Source: Stramenopiles sp. TOSAG23-2
Lineage: Eukaryota
DNA length: 42,873 nt
NCBI GenBank assembly: GCA_900128395.1
Contig: LT649297.1
Span: forward strand, 1 to 42,873
Reading direction: 5' to 3'
Notes under the pieces: generated by a model
Databases searched by the model: none
Seen by the model: only the letters and a program-made list of their open reading frames with translations
Told to the model about the DNA's origin: nothing
Part shown: piece after piece, positions 1-11,251 of the stretch
Layout of the letters: each line of letters starts with the position of its first letter
Position numbering within the stretch: position 1 is the stretch's first letter
Position numbers and translations under genes: made by a program

Positions 1-1071
1 GGTAGGGATTTTAATGACAAAATGTCTGCATTACAAAATGCACAATTTAAACGTAAAGGAAAATTAATTGTCTTTACAGCAAGTATGTTGTATGTGATTA
101 TTTTAATTACTACTGTTATTTTTGAAATAATCGCGTTAGCAGATGTTAATAACAAAAACTGTAATGCTTACATTAATGAAAATTTTAATTATTGGAAAGA
201 AAATTGTCAAATTAAAGTACCCTTATGCAATGATATGTTCAAAACTAAATGTGATTGTGCTGTATTAAAAATTGTTGGACATAATATGACAAAATTGCAT
301 GATGTAAATTTTGTGAAAATGACTTCATTACGTAGCGCAACAATAAGTAGAGGCCGATTGCAAAAATTGCCTGACAATATGGAACTATTGATAAAGATGA
401 ATAGATTTGATGTTTCATTTAATAATTTACAAACGTTTGATGTGGATGTATTGAAATGGACATATTTGTCACAATTGTGGTTGATGTTTAATAACATCAC
501 GCAGCATAATAAAAATTTATGGCAACATCCAGAGTTGGTAAATCTAGCAATAAACAGTAATAAAGGTTTATGGATGCCGTTGAATGTTGACAAATTAAAA
601 TTACCACAATTGATATATTTACATATGGGTAATAATAGTGGTATCATTCCAAGTGAATTAAGTTCCAAGCAACTTCCATCAATTATTGACATGTATCTTG
701 ATGGAAATAAAATGGAAAATCTTCCATCTAAATTTAATACATTTCAAACTACTTTACAATATCTTGGAATGGCTAGATGTGGATTGAAAGAATTACAATA
801 TTTAGAATCTTTTGAGAATTTGAGATATTTAGATGCAAGAAACAATAGTCTAATCTCCGTGTCTTCAGAAATTAAAAAAATGATGAAAGACACGGTAGAT
901 TTTGAATCTTATTTTTCTGGAAATCCCGTTTGTCAAAGTGATAAAGATTTGAATTGTACACCATTATGTACAGAATATTGTTGGTCAGAGAAGGGATTTA
1001 CTAATAAGGGATGTGATGTGACATGTGATTCGCGTGAATGTGGTTATGATGGGGGAGAGTGTAAGATATAA
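1..1071 (+). CDS. Transmembrane leucine-rich repeat protein with C-terminal LNR/Notch-like Cys module (5'-truncated by the window)
   Basis: The frame is open from base 1 (GGT AGG GAT TTT AAT GAC AAA ATG). It has a TM helix (LIVFTASMLYVIILITTVIFEIIAL), a Cys cap (CQIKVPLC..CDC), LRRs (FDVSFNNL, LYLHMGNN, MYLDGNKM, LRYLDARNNSL, SGNPVC) and a terminal CDVTCDSRECGYDGGEC LNR-like motif. Confidence 0.8.
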   Translation, partial: GRDFNDKMSALQNAQFKRKGKLIVFTASMLYVIILITTVIFEIIALADVNNKNCNAYINENFNYWKENCQIKVPLCNDMFKTKCDCAVLKIVGHNMTKLHDVNFVKMTSLRSATISRGRLQKLPDNMELLIKMNRFDVSFNNLQTFDVDVLKWTYLSQLWLMFNNITQHNKNLWQHPELVNLAINSNKGLWMPLNVDKLKLPQLIYLHMGNNSGIIPSELSSKQLPSIIDMYLDGNKMENLPSKFNTFQTTLQYLGMARCGLKELQYLESFENLRYLDARNNSLISVSSEIKKMMKDTVDFESYFSGNPVCQSDKDLNCTPLCTEYCWSEKGFTNKGCDVTCDSRECGYDGGECKI

Positions 1072-1322
1072 AATACACGTACGAACCGTATATTTTTGTG
1101 ATAATTTTTATTATACGAAGTAATTTAAATATTTTATGATATGCATATGTCATTTGTCATTTTAAAAAATAATTTCAAATTATATTTGGATGGATATGCA
1201 TATTTAATCATCATCATTCACAAATTACGAATATTTAACAACTTGTTTAAAAAAGGTGTGTGTGTGGATGATATGATACTCTTTTTCTCAGAGAGATATC
1301 ATATATATATAATATATATAAT

Positions 1323-1360
1323 ATGATGGTTAAAATCTAAGTTATAATAATTTTACACTT
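1323..1360 (-). repeat. Dispersed conserved intergenic motif, copy 1 (core ACTTAGATTTTAACCA on the minus strand)
   Basis: ATGATGGTTAAAATCTAAGTTATAATAATTTTACACTT is 37/38 identical to the reverse complement of 11042-11079; the 16-bp core also occurs at 29661-29676. Confidence 0.85.
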
Positions 1361-1400
1361 TCTCGTGTTTTAAGTAATATGCTCTTAAAGACACACATTT

Positions 1401-3023
1401 TTAACAACCTGCTCGCGTATTCTGCAACAATCTTCTTCTCCTAACCCTTCTCTGCAATAATGGTGCATGGCCTGATGCAGTGTGTTGCTTTCCTTGTGGC
1501 TTATCTTGTGGCTTTCCTGGTTGCTTTCTATCGTCTTGTGGCTTTCCTGGTTGCTTTCTATCGTTTATCTTGTGGCTTTCCTGGTTGCTTTCTGTCGTTT
1601 TACACTTTTCTGGTTCTGTTTTCTCAATCTTGCATACTGGAAGCTTGTTCGGAACAGGCTTAGTCAAACATTGTTTCTCTGTTTCATTAAACTGTCCCAT
1701 TTCGTCAGGGCAATAGCATACATCAGAAGCATTCAACTCGGGAGCCTCTGCATGATTTCTAGTAACATTCACCAAATCACAAATTGGTTCATCGTAAACA
1801 CCTAAATGATAATCGAAATTAAATTGGCATTTCACTGGAATAGGTTTTATATTTGCTCCGTTTGTTTTGGATTTGCCCGTAATGTTACACACTAAGTCAA
1901 TATCCTTTCCAATTTCATTATCTTTATCCTTACAAGTTACAAGACGATGGCACAATTCATGCTTGAAATATGGTTCAGAATCTGCATCATTAAAAGCTAA
2001 ATCGTTATAACAATTTACGACTAACTGGGTAACATCTTTGTTATTATCTTTCTTCCACCAAGCTCCATCTATCCAATCTTTCCCGTTAACTTGTGGGCAT
2101 GCCACGTCTGTAATATCTGCATTAATAGCAGATGATACTTTTTTCATGTTCTCCACGCTAATGCCACCTAGTTCCTTGTTATTATTTGGAGTGCCAGCAG
2201 TACATCGTCTTCCATATATATTTCCACTCATATCTTGATTTCCCATCTCAAATAAATGTTTTTTGTATGCTCTTTGGGTACATTTGATACAACACGTGGT
2301 GCTTTTAAACGTTTCCTTCACATCGGTGATATGTTTCAAAGCTTTCTTTAAAATCATCTCTTCGTTCAAAAACTTTCTTCTAAACAAATTCATAATTCCT
2401 TTAATTCTTTTTTTGTTTTCACGCACATGCATCTCAATAGATGTCGCATGCGTCTTCATAGAGCTAATATTCTGTTTCATAGAGACAATTGCCTCACTGT
2501 TTCTACGCTCGCGATCGTTAATAGAGCTGACACGATCGTTAATAGAGCTAACAACTTTTGCAAAAGTTTTAAAACCATCAACTACTTCTGATACATCTGC
2601 ATCATCTTCGATGCCTATACCACGAATATTATCTAAGTGATTTTCCGAACAATATTTGTGTTTTGGACCTTTAATAACAATAGCTTGACTATCTTTAGAA
2701 TTTCCAAGAATATTATGCGTGTCACCAACTATTTTAGAAAATAAAGTTACTTTGCATCCTGTTGGAATATCAAAACCTTTTGCAACACTTGATAATATAT
2801 GAAATGTTTGCCCTTTTTTTTTCTCATATTGTTCAAGTTTATCGTTAAAACTACAAGTTTTATATGTTTGTATTTTCCCTTTACACGTCTCATTTTCTAA
2901 CCTTTCAGCAATTTTGTCGAGATCCATGATTGAAGGTTCTAACTGTTGTTGTTGTGCAAAAACACCCGATTTTGCTATGATGAAGATATTACATAATAGT
3001 AATAAAAATAATATACGTACCAT
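1401..3023 (-). CDS. Secreted Cys-rich protein with possible beta/gamma-crystallin-like motif, coiled coil, KQPGKPQD repeats and C-terminal RRRRLLQ..GC tail
   Basis: 540-aa ORF with signal peptide MVRILFLLLLCNIFIIAKSGVFA, a Greek-key-like IPTGCKVTLFS motif, a heptad region, many Cys, and the end LLQRRVRRRRLLQNTRAGC*. Confidence 0.75.
   Translation of the reverse strand: MVRILFLLLLCNIFIIAKSGVFAQQQQLEPSIMDLDKIAERLENETCKGKIQTYKTCSFNDKLEQYEKKKGQTFHILSSVAKGFDIPTGCKVTLFSKIVGDTHNILGNSKDSQAIVIKGPKHKYCSENHLDNIRGIGIEDDADVSEVVDGFKTFAKVVSSINDRVSSINDRERRNSEAIVSMKQNISSMKTHATSIEMHVRENKKRIKGIMNLFRRKFLNEEMILKKALKHITDVKETFKSTTCCIKCTQRAYKKHLFEMGNQDMSGNIYGRRCTAGTPNNNKELGGISVENMKKVSSAINADITDVACPQVNGKDWIDGAWWKKDNNKDVTQLVVNCYNDLAFNDADSEPYFKHELCHRLVTCKDKDNEIGKDIDLVCNITGKSKTNGANIKPIPVKCQFNFDYHLGVYDEPICDLVNVTRNHAEAPELNASDVCYCPDEMGQFNETEKQCLTKPVPNKLPVCKIEKTEPEKCKTTESNQESHKINDRKQPGKPQDDRKQPGKPQDKPQGKQHTASGHAPLLQRRVRRRRLLQNTRAGC
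1494..1600. repeat. Intragenic tandem repeat of about 33-36 bp (DRKQPGKPQD units)
   Basis: TCTTGTGGCTTTCCTGGTTGCTTTCT occurs three times. Confidence 0.85.
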
Positions 3024-3474
3024 CTTTGGTTTGGTGGTTGGTATTTAACATGCGTTGGTATGTTTTTGTTGTTGTGGTTATTGGTGTTGATATATATGTA
3101 TGTCGTTGTTAAGATTTATGTAAATTATTGCTTCTCTATATATAGAATATTAATGCAACAATGCTGGCCATATACATGTAGCTGGATCGCGCCCCTTTTT
3201 TTTTTTTTTTTTCTGATCAACCTCCCATTTTGTTTTTACATAAAATCCAAAAATGGCCAATGTTAATTTGGATGAAAATATCAAGAATATCCGATTTTAT
3301 GATATTATCCTATATAAATATATATTTATTGAATTTATGATATACTAAATATGTACTTATTTGAACCCCACTACATAGAACATAGAATTGTATAATGGTA
3401 TTCGTATACTGTAATGGTATTTAAATGAAATATACTAACAAGTACAAATATATGAAATCTGGTGTCCTGGTTTA

Positions 3475-3699
3475 ATAAATAACACTACACAGTATTAAGA
3501 AATGATAAAAAACATTCCTCAATTCTTCCTCTCGGTATGGTTGTTTCGACTATCATAAATAACACTACACAGTATTAATGATATTAAGAAATGATAAAAA
3601 ACATTCTTCAATTCTTCCTCTCGGTATGGTTGTTTATATAATAAATAACACTACACAGTACTAAGAAAATATAAAAAACATTCTTCCTCAATTCTCCCT
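3475..3699. repeat. Tandem repeat, 80-86 bp unit, about 2.7 copies, in a divergent intergenic region
   Basis: ATAAATAACACTACACAGTA..AAGAAA..ATAAAAAACATTC..CAATTCT starts at 3475, 3555 and 3641. Confidence 0.9.
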
Positions 3700-3880
3700 G
3701 ACCACAAAAAACATAGAATTCGACTTCATTTATTATAAAACTAGTATTAATAGAGACAGAGGAATATACACAGGCACAACACACGTACGTAGCAGTAATA
3801 CATATACAATATATATATATATATATATATACATACAATCGTCTATATACAATAGTCTATATATCGACAACATAGTGTAA

Positions 3881-6053
<2,173 letters not shown>

Positions 6054-6244
6054 GTAATTCGTAATGATATACGATCGCAATATAATATATGTATATGTAT
6101 ATATATATATGTGTATGTTGACACGATTTGTAAAAAAATGTAAAATAGTATGTGTGTGTGTGTGTGTGTGTAATATTTTCATAATTTTTTTTCTTTTATA
6201 TTAATTCAATTAATAGTAATAGAATTACAGAATATCGCACTCTC

Positions 6245-6382
6245 CAGGCTGGGCAGGCCGGCAGGCACTTCACTCCAGCACTCCAGCAGCACTTACTATA
6301 AATACCAAAAAGTCTTTTTGTAAATACTGGTGGTACGAAGAATTCCTGATTTTAATTTTGGGCTGTAGCAGGCTGGGCAGGC
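6245..6382. repeat. 14-bp GC-rich direct repeat CAGGCTGGGCAGGC (6245-6258, 6369-6382)
   Basis: Exact duplicate in an otherwise AT-rich intergenic region; a related array lies at 13542-13594. Confidence 0.7.
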
Positions 6383-6652
6383 GAAGATGAGGGGATCGAG
6401 TAACTGGTGGTGGATGATGGCACGATGGGCCTATTTTTTGGAGCATTTCGTTTTTTTTTTATGATGTGCTTATTTATATTATATTATTATTAGAATTATA
6501 TATTTATATATATGGATTTTAATCTCTATTTCTTATAATACCTGGCTTACACAAAATTAAAAGACAAAAGACAAAAGAATAATACCTGGAATACAAAGAT
6601 CAAAAAGAGAAAAGAAAAACGTTGAAATATATTATCTTCTATAGATGTGTTT

Positions 6653-9600
6653 ATGTTAAAGATGGCATCTTCCATTGATAATGATAAATTTGAAATTGAA
6701 AAAGACGAAACTGGTGTATTTTTGAATCCATTGTTTGAAAAGAAAGCAATACTTAATAAAAGTGAAAATGATTTGGAAGCAAAAGATGTGATAATTGATG
6801 ATAAGAAGAAAAAAATGAATGGTTGTTACAAAAGACTATGTACGGTAAAAACAAAAAGTGGTACCCGGCGCCGCCGACGTTCGATTTTTAACGAAAAGAT
6901 TGATAATGCCAAATTGAAATATGTTGAAATTCAACGTAGAAATGCTTATTTATTAAAATGGTTGAATGTTTGTTTTACTATATTATTTCAAGTACTATAT
7001 TATTATGATATCTATACAGACGTTGTATTAATTGTCAAGTTGCAGAATACTGGTAATCCGGTATGGACATCAATGATGATTTTCTTCGTCATACTTCCAT
7101 ACGCCGTAACAGCATTTTGTATAGTACAGTATATGAAAAAACTTCACAAGGAATATTTTAATGGTGTTTGTCGAAGTTTAAAAACATACATTAGTATACC
7201 AGTGATTACTCCCTTTTTCGATATCTTAATTCTTTTTTATAGGGTTCCAGCCGTAGGTGGTTGCATAGGCATCGAAGTAATGACATTTATGGCTCAATAC
7301 GAAGGGTTGCGGGTTATATTAGAACAAGTATTCGAATCAGTGCCACAAACATGTCTTCAGCTGTATATATACCTCTATTGTAGTCAACCTGGTGCATGCA
7401 AGTTAAAACAAGATGAAGAAAGTGCTCTTATTACATCTTTGGTAGTATCAGTAACATCCATATTTTATCGGATTGTTAAAACAGTCCTTATTTTAAACAC
7501 AGCTGAATTAAGTTTTCGACAATATGTTAGCCAGTTATTACAAGTTGGTGGGGGGTTACCAATTTCTGCAATAGCTGAAGATAAGTTAGAAAAGTTAGAA
7601 ATTCCTACTTGGATATCTAGACCACAATTGGAGAGACTTGCGCATGTTTTGTCAGATAATGTTTCCGTGAGAGAAATCGAACTAAGTTGGGAGACAATCG
7701 CACACGATGAAATATTTTTGTTATATGATCAATGCCATGACCATCCCGCATTCAAAAAAAACAAAAATTTTATTAAGACCCTTTACAAGCATGAATGTGT
7801 AGATGGTGCAGCTAAAGTTCTTGCTGATTTTGTAGAAATAAAAGACATCAAGCTACTGTATTTTGTAGATGCTAGGAGTTCAGATTTTTTTAAAAATTCT
7901 CGAAGTTCAAAATTAGAGTTTAAATACAAACATATGTCTTCTGATGAAATATTACGCTTGATGATTTTATGCCACAAATGTACACCAACCATTAAAGAGA
8001 TCATAGACAATATAAGCCCAGCACAATTATCAACCTTGTGCAACAATCAAAAAATGTGCAATCGATTGGAAATATACGACTTAACATTGATGAAATATCT
8101 AGATTTAAAAAATTCATTTTTCAAGAAAGGTATTCTTGAAAAGCCACTTAAATTAACATTTGCTTATAAAGCAATGCCAATTTTGGACATTTGCAATTTG
8201 ATTAAATTAAATTTATATTCCGTTAATTTTGTTGAAATTGCCCCTTGCTTAAATGTCTTGAACAAACATGAAATTATACTCCTTGGAGAGTCTTTATCGC
8301 ATAACAAATATATTAAAGAACTGAAAATAAATTTCAAAGATTCAGATACAGAGATTTCCGATCTCATAATATTGTTTCGGAAATATCGCTTATCTGAGAG
8401 TCTGATACTCAAATGGTTATGCGAAGGCATTGGGAAAGAATGGATTAAAATCGAGAATTTATCGACAAAATCCATTTGTAATTTGATGGAATGGCTTCGT
8501 TACGATGGAAGTATGCTACCATTCCGTTATCGAAACGTGGATTTTTCCCAGCATAACATAGTTAATAATTCCATCCCTGAACTTGTAAAGAGTATAAATC
8601 GTACGGCGGCACTGTGGTCCGATAATTTGATCGAATTAAGATTTGATTGGTCACAACTAGGCTTAGAAAATATACTATTGTTGGCCACTACAAATCATGC
8701 TAAGTTGAAGGGTATTGAGCAGCACGAAATAGATGGTTCAAAGTGGGATTTAGTGAAAATTAAATCTGTTTTAATGCAGTTAAAAGACTATAATGTCAAA
8801 GTGGATTCTTCTTTTGATTTTAGTATTAAATTTGATTGGGGATGCATGAAGATAACAACCGTCGCGGAGATTGTTGCAGTGAATTGTTTCGAAGTTCGTG
8901 TGCTAGATTTACGTCAAGTCAACTTACAGAATTGCACAACAGCTGAAATTATATCACTCTCCAAGTCATTGAAACTCAATAGTGGACTTTGTAAAATATT
9001 TATTTCTTGGAAAACTGTGCCAGCCAAGTATATACAAATTTTGTCTACTTCTAAACATAAAGCACTTGTTATATCAATAAACCATCTTTCACTAGAGCAA
9101 AAAATTGATATTCTAGCTTTGAACATTAGCTTGCCTGAGTTCGAATTAGATCTAACCAACGATCAGTTTGATTCTAAAATGGCGCATATCGATCAATTAT
9201 CTAAAGCGTTAACAATCAATACTTCTTTACATTATTTAAAATTGGATTGGCTAAAATTTTCAATTTTAGACATTGTGAAGCTTTTAGATACTCATCATCA
9301 GTCATTAAAAGAGATCAATATATCCCACTGTGAAGTGACTGTTGATATTATCATGAAAATTACCAACATGGAAGACGTTTGCCGTCTTATCGTACCTTGG
9401 CAGGAGAAATTATCGAATGAAGTATGTAAGATCTTACGGTGCTTTTCATTGATTGATGTCAATGTAACGACTCCATCCGGAAAACTATTCATCAAATTAA
9501 GCGACGATGAAATGCCAACTGTGGAACAGTTTCTCATGGTAACACCTGGATTAAAGTGGAGTAAATTTTTACTCCTGGCATATAAACAAGGCATTGATTT

Positions 9601-11002
9601 CTTTAATATCGTAAAACTTAAAATAAATAAGAATCATAAATTTGATGTCACGGGGGCAGTAAATGCAATAACATTGTATAAGGATAAAAAACTAGTACAA
9701 CACCTAACAACAATAAGTGTTAATTTGCTATCCACCTCTATTGGTGTAGGGCAGTCCTTAGAGGATTTGTATCTGGATGAATTTGATACCGATGCCCCAT
9801 GGATTCGACAAAGAGAGGCAGACAACCAACGACGTTGGGCATTATTATGTAAATGTGAACCTGGACAGAAAATCGCAGACTTGGAAAAAGAAGAAGAATT
9901 TAATACATTGAAGGAGACTATAAATGCCCTTCAAAACAATATAGAAATTTTGAATAATTTGTCTACACCGGAAGAGGGAGCCGAAGAATTTGTAAAGTTC
10001 GTTATGAATACCCACGAACCGCTCTCTGCAAACTCAGGTAATATTTGGAAAGGATTTAAAGAAGACGATGGTGTGTCAAAAATAGAAAGAGGTAGAATTA
10101 AAATGAAAAAAAAATACCCGAATACGTATTTTATTTGTGTTTGTTTTGCTTTTGGAATTACTTTTTGTGGTCTACTTGTGGTTCTTATTGCTTCCATTTA
10201 CCTTTTAGCCTGGTTTATTTACTATATGTATTTTTTAGTTTGTGGGAATATCCATTTCGGCATCATGTTTTTGGTACAAGAAAAAGAATGCAGTTATTTG
10301 CTTGAATGTATAGATGAAATGGATACTACTCATTATAAAGTCAATGTGTCTCAAACAAATGGAACATATATCAATTCGTATAGTAGACAAGGCAGCTCTA
10401 TTGATGATTTTAATTGTTCCTCACTGGCTTCTGCGATTAATTCATATGCCAGGGTGAGTATTTTCGGCACTTTTTTTGCATGTTGTGTGTCTTCTTGTCT
10501 TTTGGTAGGTGTCGAATTAGCTGACACTAATTCCATATATTCGTTTCAAGATTTAGTCTGTAGATTAGCCTTTTTGTGTTTACCTATGGCTTTACTATTT
10601 GGTTTTAACCAATTGCTGTTGTATCTATGTGAAAATAGTTATCGAGCAGCAAAGGTTTATGTTGATTATTATAACAATTACAGTAGTATCTATCAATCTC
10701 TTTGGTGTGTTCGTGATGCTGGCTGGTATTATGATGTATTGAAAAATGCACAGATTGTTCTTCGTTGGCAACTAGGCGTCCTTTTATTTATATATGCATG
10801 GTTGTTTTTATTGTTTTTGTCCGCTTGTTTTGGTATCAAAAAAAACAAAGAAAAAAGGCGCTTAGAAGAGGAACGCAAAGCTGCTGAAGAGAAGGTCAAG
10901 AATGCGAGAATACAAATAAAAAGAGAACAAGAATCAGAAAAGGAGAAGCATCTACAAAAGATAACAGAGGAAACAACCATTTTTTTTACTGAGATACAAT
11001 AA
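6653..11002 (+). CDS. Large membrane protein: N-terminal XK-related (scramblase family) domain, degenerate RI-type LRR region, G-protein-gamma-like (GGL) segment, about 4 C-terminal TM helices and coiled coil
   Basis: XK hallmarks YYYDIYTDVVL and LEQVFESVPQTCLQLYIY; LRR-like units (LSDNVSVREIELSW, LSHNKYIKELKINF, LTINTSLHYLKLDW); a GGL-like segment at about 9908-10051. First ATG is at 6653 (alternative 6662). Confidence 0.75.
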   Translation: MLKMASSIDNDKFEIEKDETGVFLNPLFEKKAILNKSENDLEAKDVIIDDKKKKMNGCYKRLCTVKTKSGTRRRRRSIFNEKIDNAKLKYVEIQRRNAYLLKWLNVCFTILFQVLYYYDIYTDVVLIVKLQNTGNPVWTSMMIFFVILPYAVTAFCIVQYMKKLHKEYFNGVCRSLKTYISIPVITPFFDILILFYRVPAVGGCIGIEVMTFMAQYEGLRVILEQVFESVPQTCLQLYIYLYCSQPGACKLKQDEESALITSLVVSVTSIFYRIVKTVLILNTAELSFRQYVSQLLQVGGGLPISAIAEDKLEKLEIPTWISRPQLERLAHVLSDNVSVREIELSWETIAHDEIFLLYDQCHDHPAFKKNKNFIKTLYKHECVDGAAKVLADFVEIKDIKLLYFVDARSSDFFKNSRSSKLEFKYKHMSSDEILRLMILCHKCTPTIKEIIDNISPAQLSTLCNNQKMCNRLEIYDLTLMKYLDLKNSFFKKGILEKPLKLTFAYKAMPILDICNLIKLNLYSVNFVEIAPCLNVLNKHEIILLGESLSHNKYIKELKINFKDSDTEISDLIILFRKYRLSESLILKWLCEGIGKEWIKIENLSTKSICNLMEWLRYDGSMLPFRYRNVDFSQHNIVNNSIPELVKSINRTAALWSDNLIELRFDWSQLGLENILLLATTNHAKLKGIEQHEIDGSKWDLVKIKSVLMQLKDYNVKVDSSFDFSIKFDWGCMKITTVAEIVAVNCFEVRVLDLRQVNLQNCTTAEIISLSKSLKLNSGLCKIFISWKTVPAKYIQILSTSKHKALVISINHLSLEQKIDILALNISLPEFELDLTNDQFDSKMAHIDQLSKALTINTSLHYLKLDWLKFSILDIVKLLDTHHQSLKEINISHCEVTVDIIMKITNMEDVCRLIVPWQEKLSNEVCKILRCFSLIDVNVTTPSGKLFIKLSDDEMPTVEQFLMVTPGLKWSKFLLLAYKQGIDFFNIVKLKINKNHKFDVTGAVNAITLYKDKKLVQHLTTISVNLLSTSIGVGQSLEDLYLDEFDTDAPWIRQREADNQRRWALLCKCEPGQKIADLEKEEEFNTLKETINALQNNIEILNNLSTPEEGAEEFVKFVMNTHEPLSANSGNIWKGFKEDDGVSKIERGRIKMKKKYPNTYFICVCFAFGITFCGLLVVLIASIYLLAWFIYYMYFLVCGNIHFGIMFLVQEKECSYLLECIDEMDTTHYKVNVSQTNGTYINSYSRQGSSIDDFNCSSLASAINSYARVSIFGTFFACCVSSCLLVGVELADTNSIYSFQDLVCRLAFLCLPMALLFGFNQLLLYLCENSYRAAKVYVDYYNNYSSIYQSLWCVRDAGWYYDVLKNAQIVLRWQLGVLLFIYAWLFLLFLSACFGIKKNKEKRRLEEERKAAEEKVKNARIQIKREQESEKEKHLQKITEETTIFFTEIQ

Positions 11003-11041
11003 GAGAACATAAAAAATAATTTATAAAAATATTAATTAGAG

Positions 11042-11079
11042 AAGTGTAAAAATATTATAACTTAGATTTTAACCATCAT
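11042..11079 (+). repeat. Dispersed conserved intergenic motif, copy 2
   Basis: AAGTGTAAAAATATTATAACTTAGATTTTAACCATCAT is the reverse complement of 1323-1360 at 37/38. Confidence 0.85.
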
Positions 11080-11251
11080 CTAAAATATTTATAATATATG
11101 CATATCATATTTGTTTTTACACGCCATTTGTATTTAACACACTTATTTTTATTTTTTCTTCTATTTTTTTCGAACAAAAATAACTATAAAGACGCGTGTG
11201 TGTATACATATTACATTACATTACACGTAAAAACCACAAAATTTAAATACA

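Noticed and set aside
1401-1412. C-terminal Gly-Cys-stop as a selenoprotein GCU motif
   Set aside because: The stop is TAA, not TGA.
3475-3699. CRISPR-like array
   Set aside because: Whole units are repeated without unique spacers; no cas genes; eukaryotic context.
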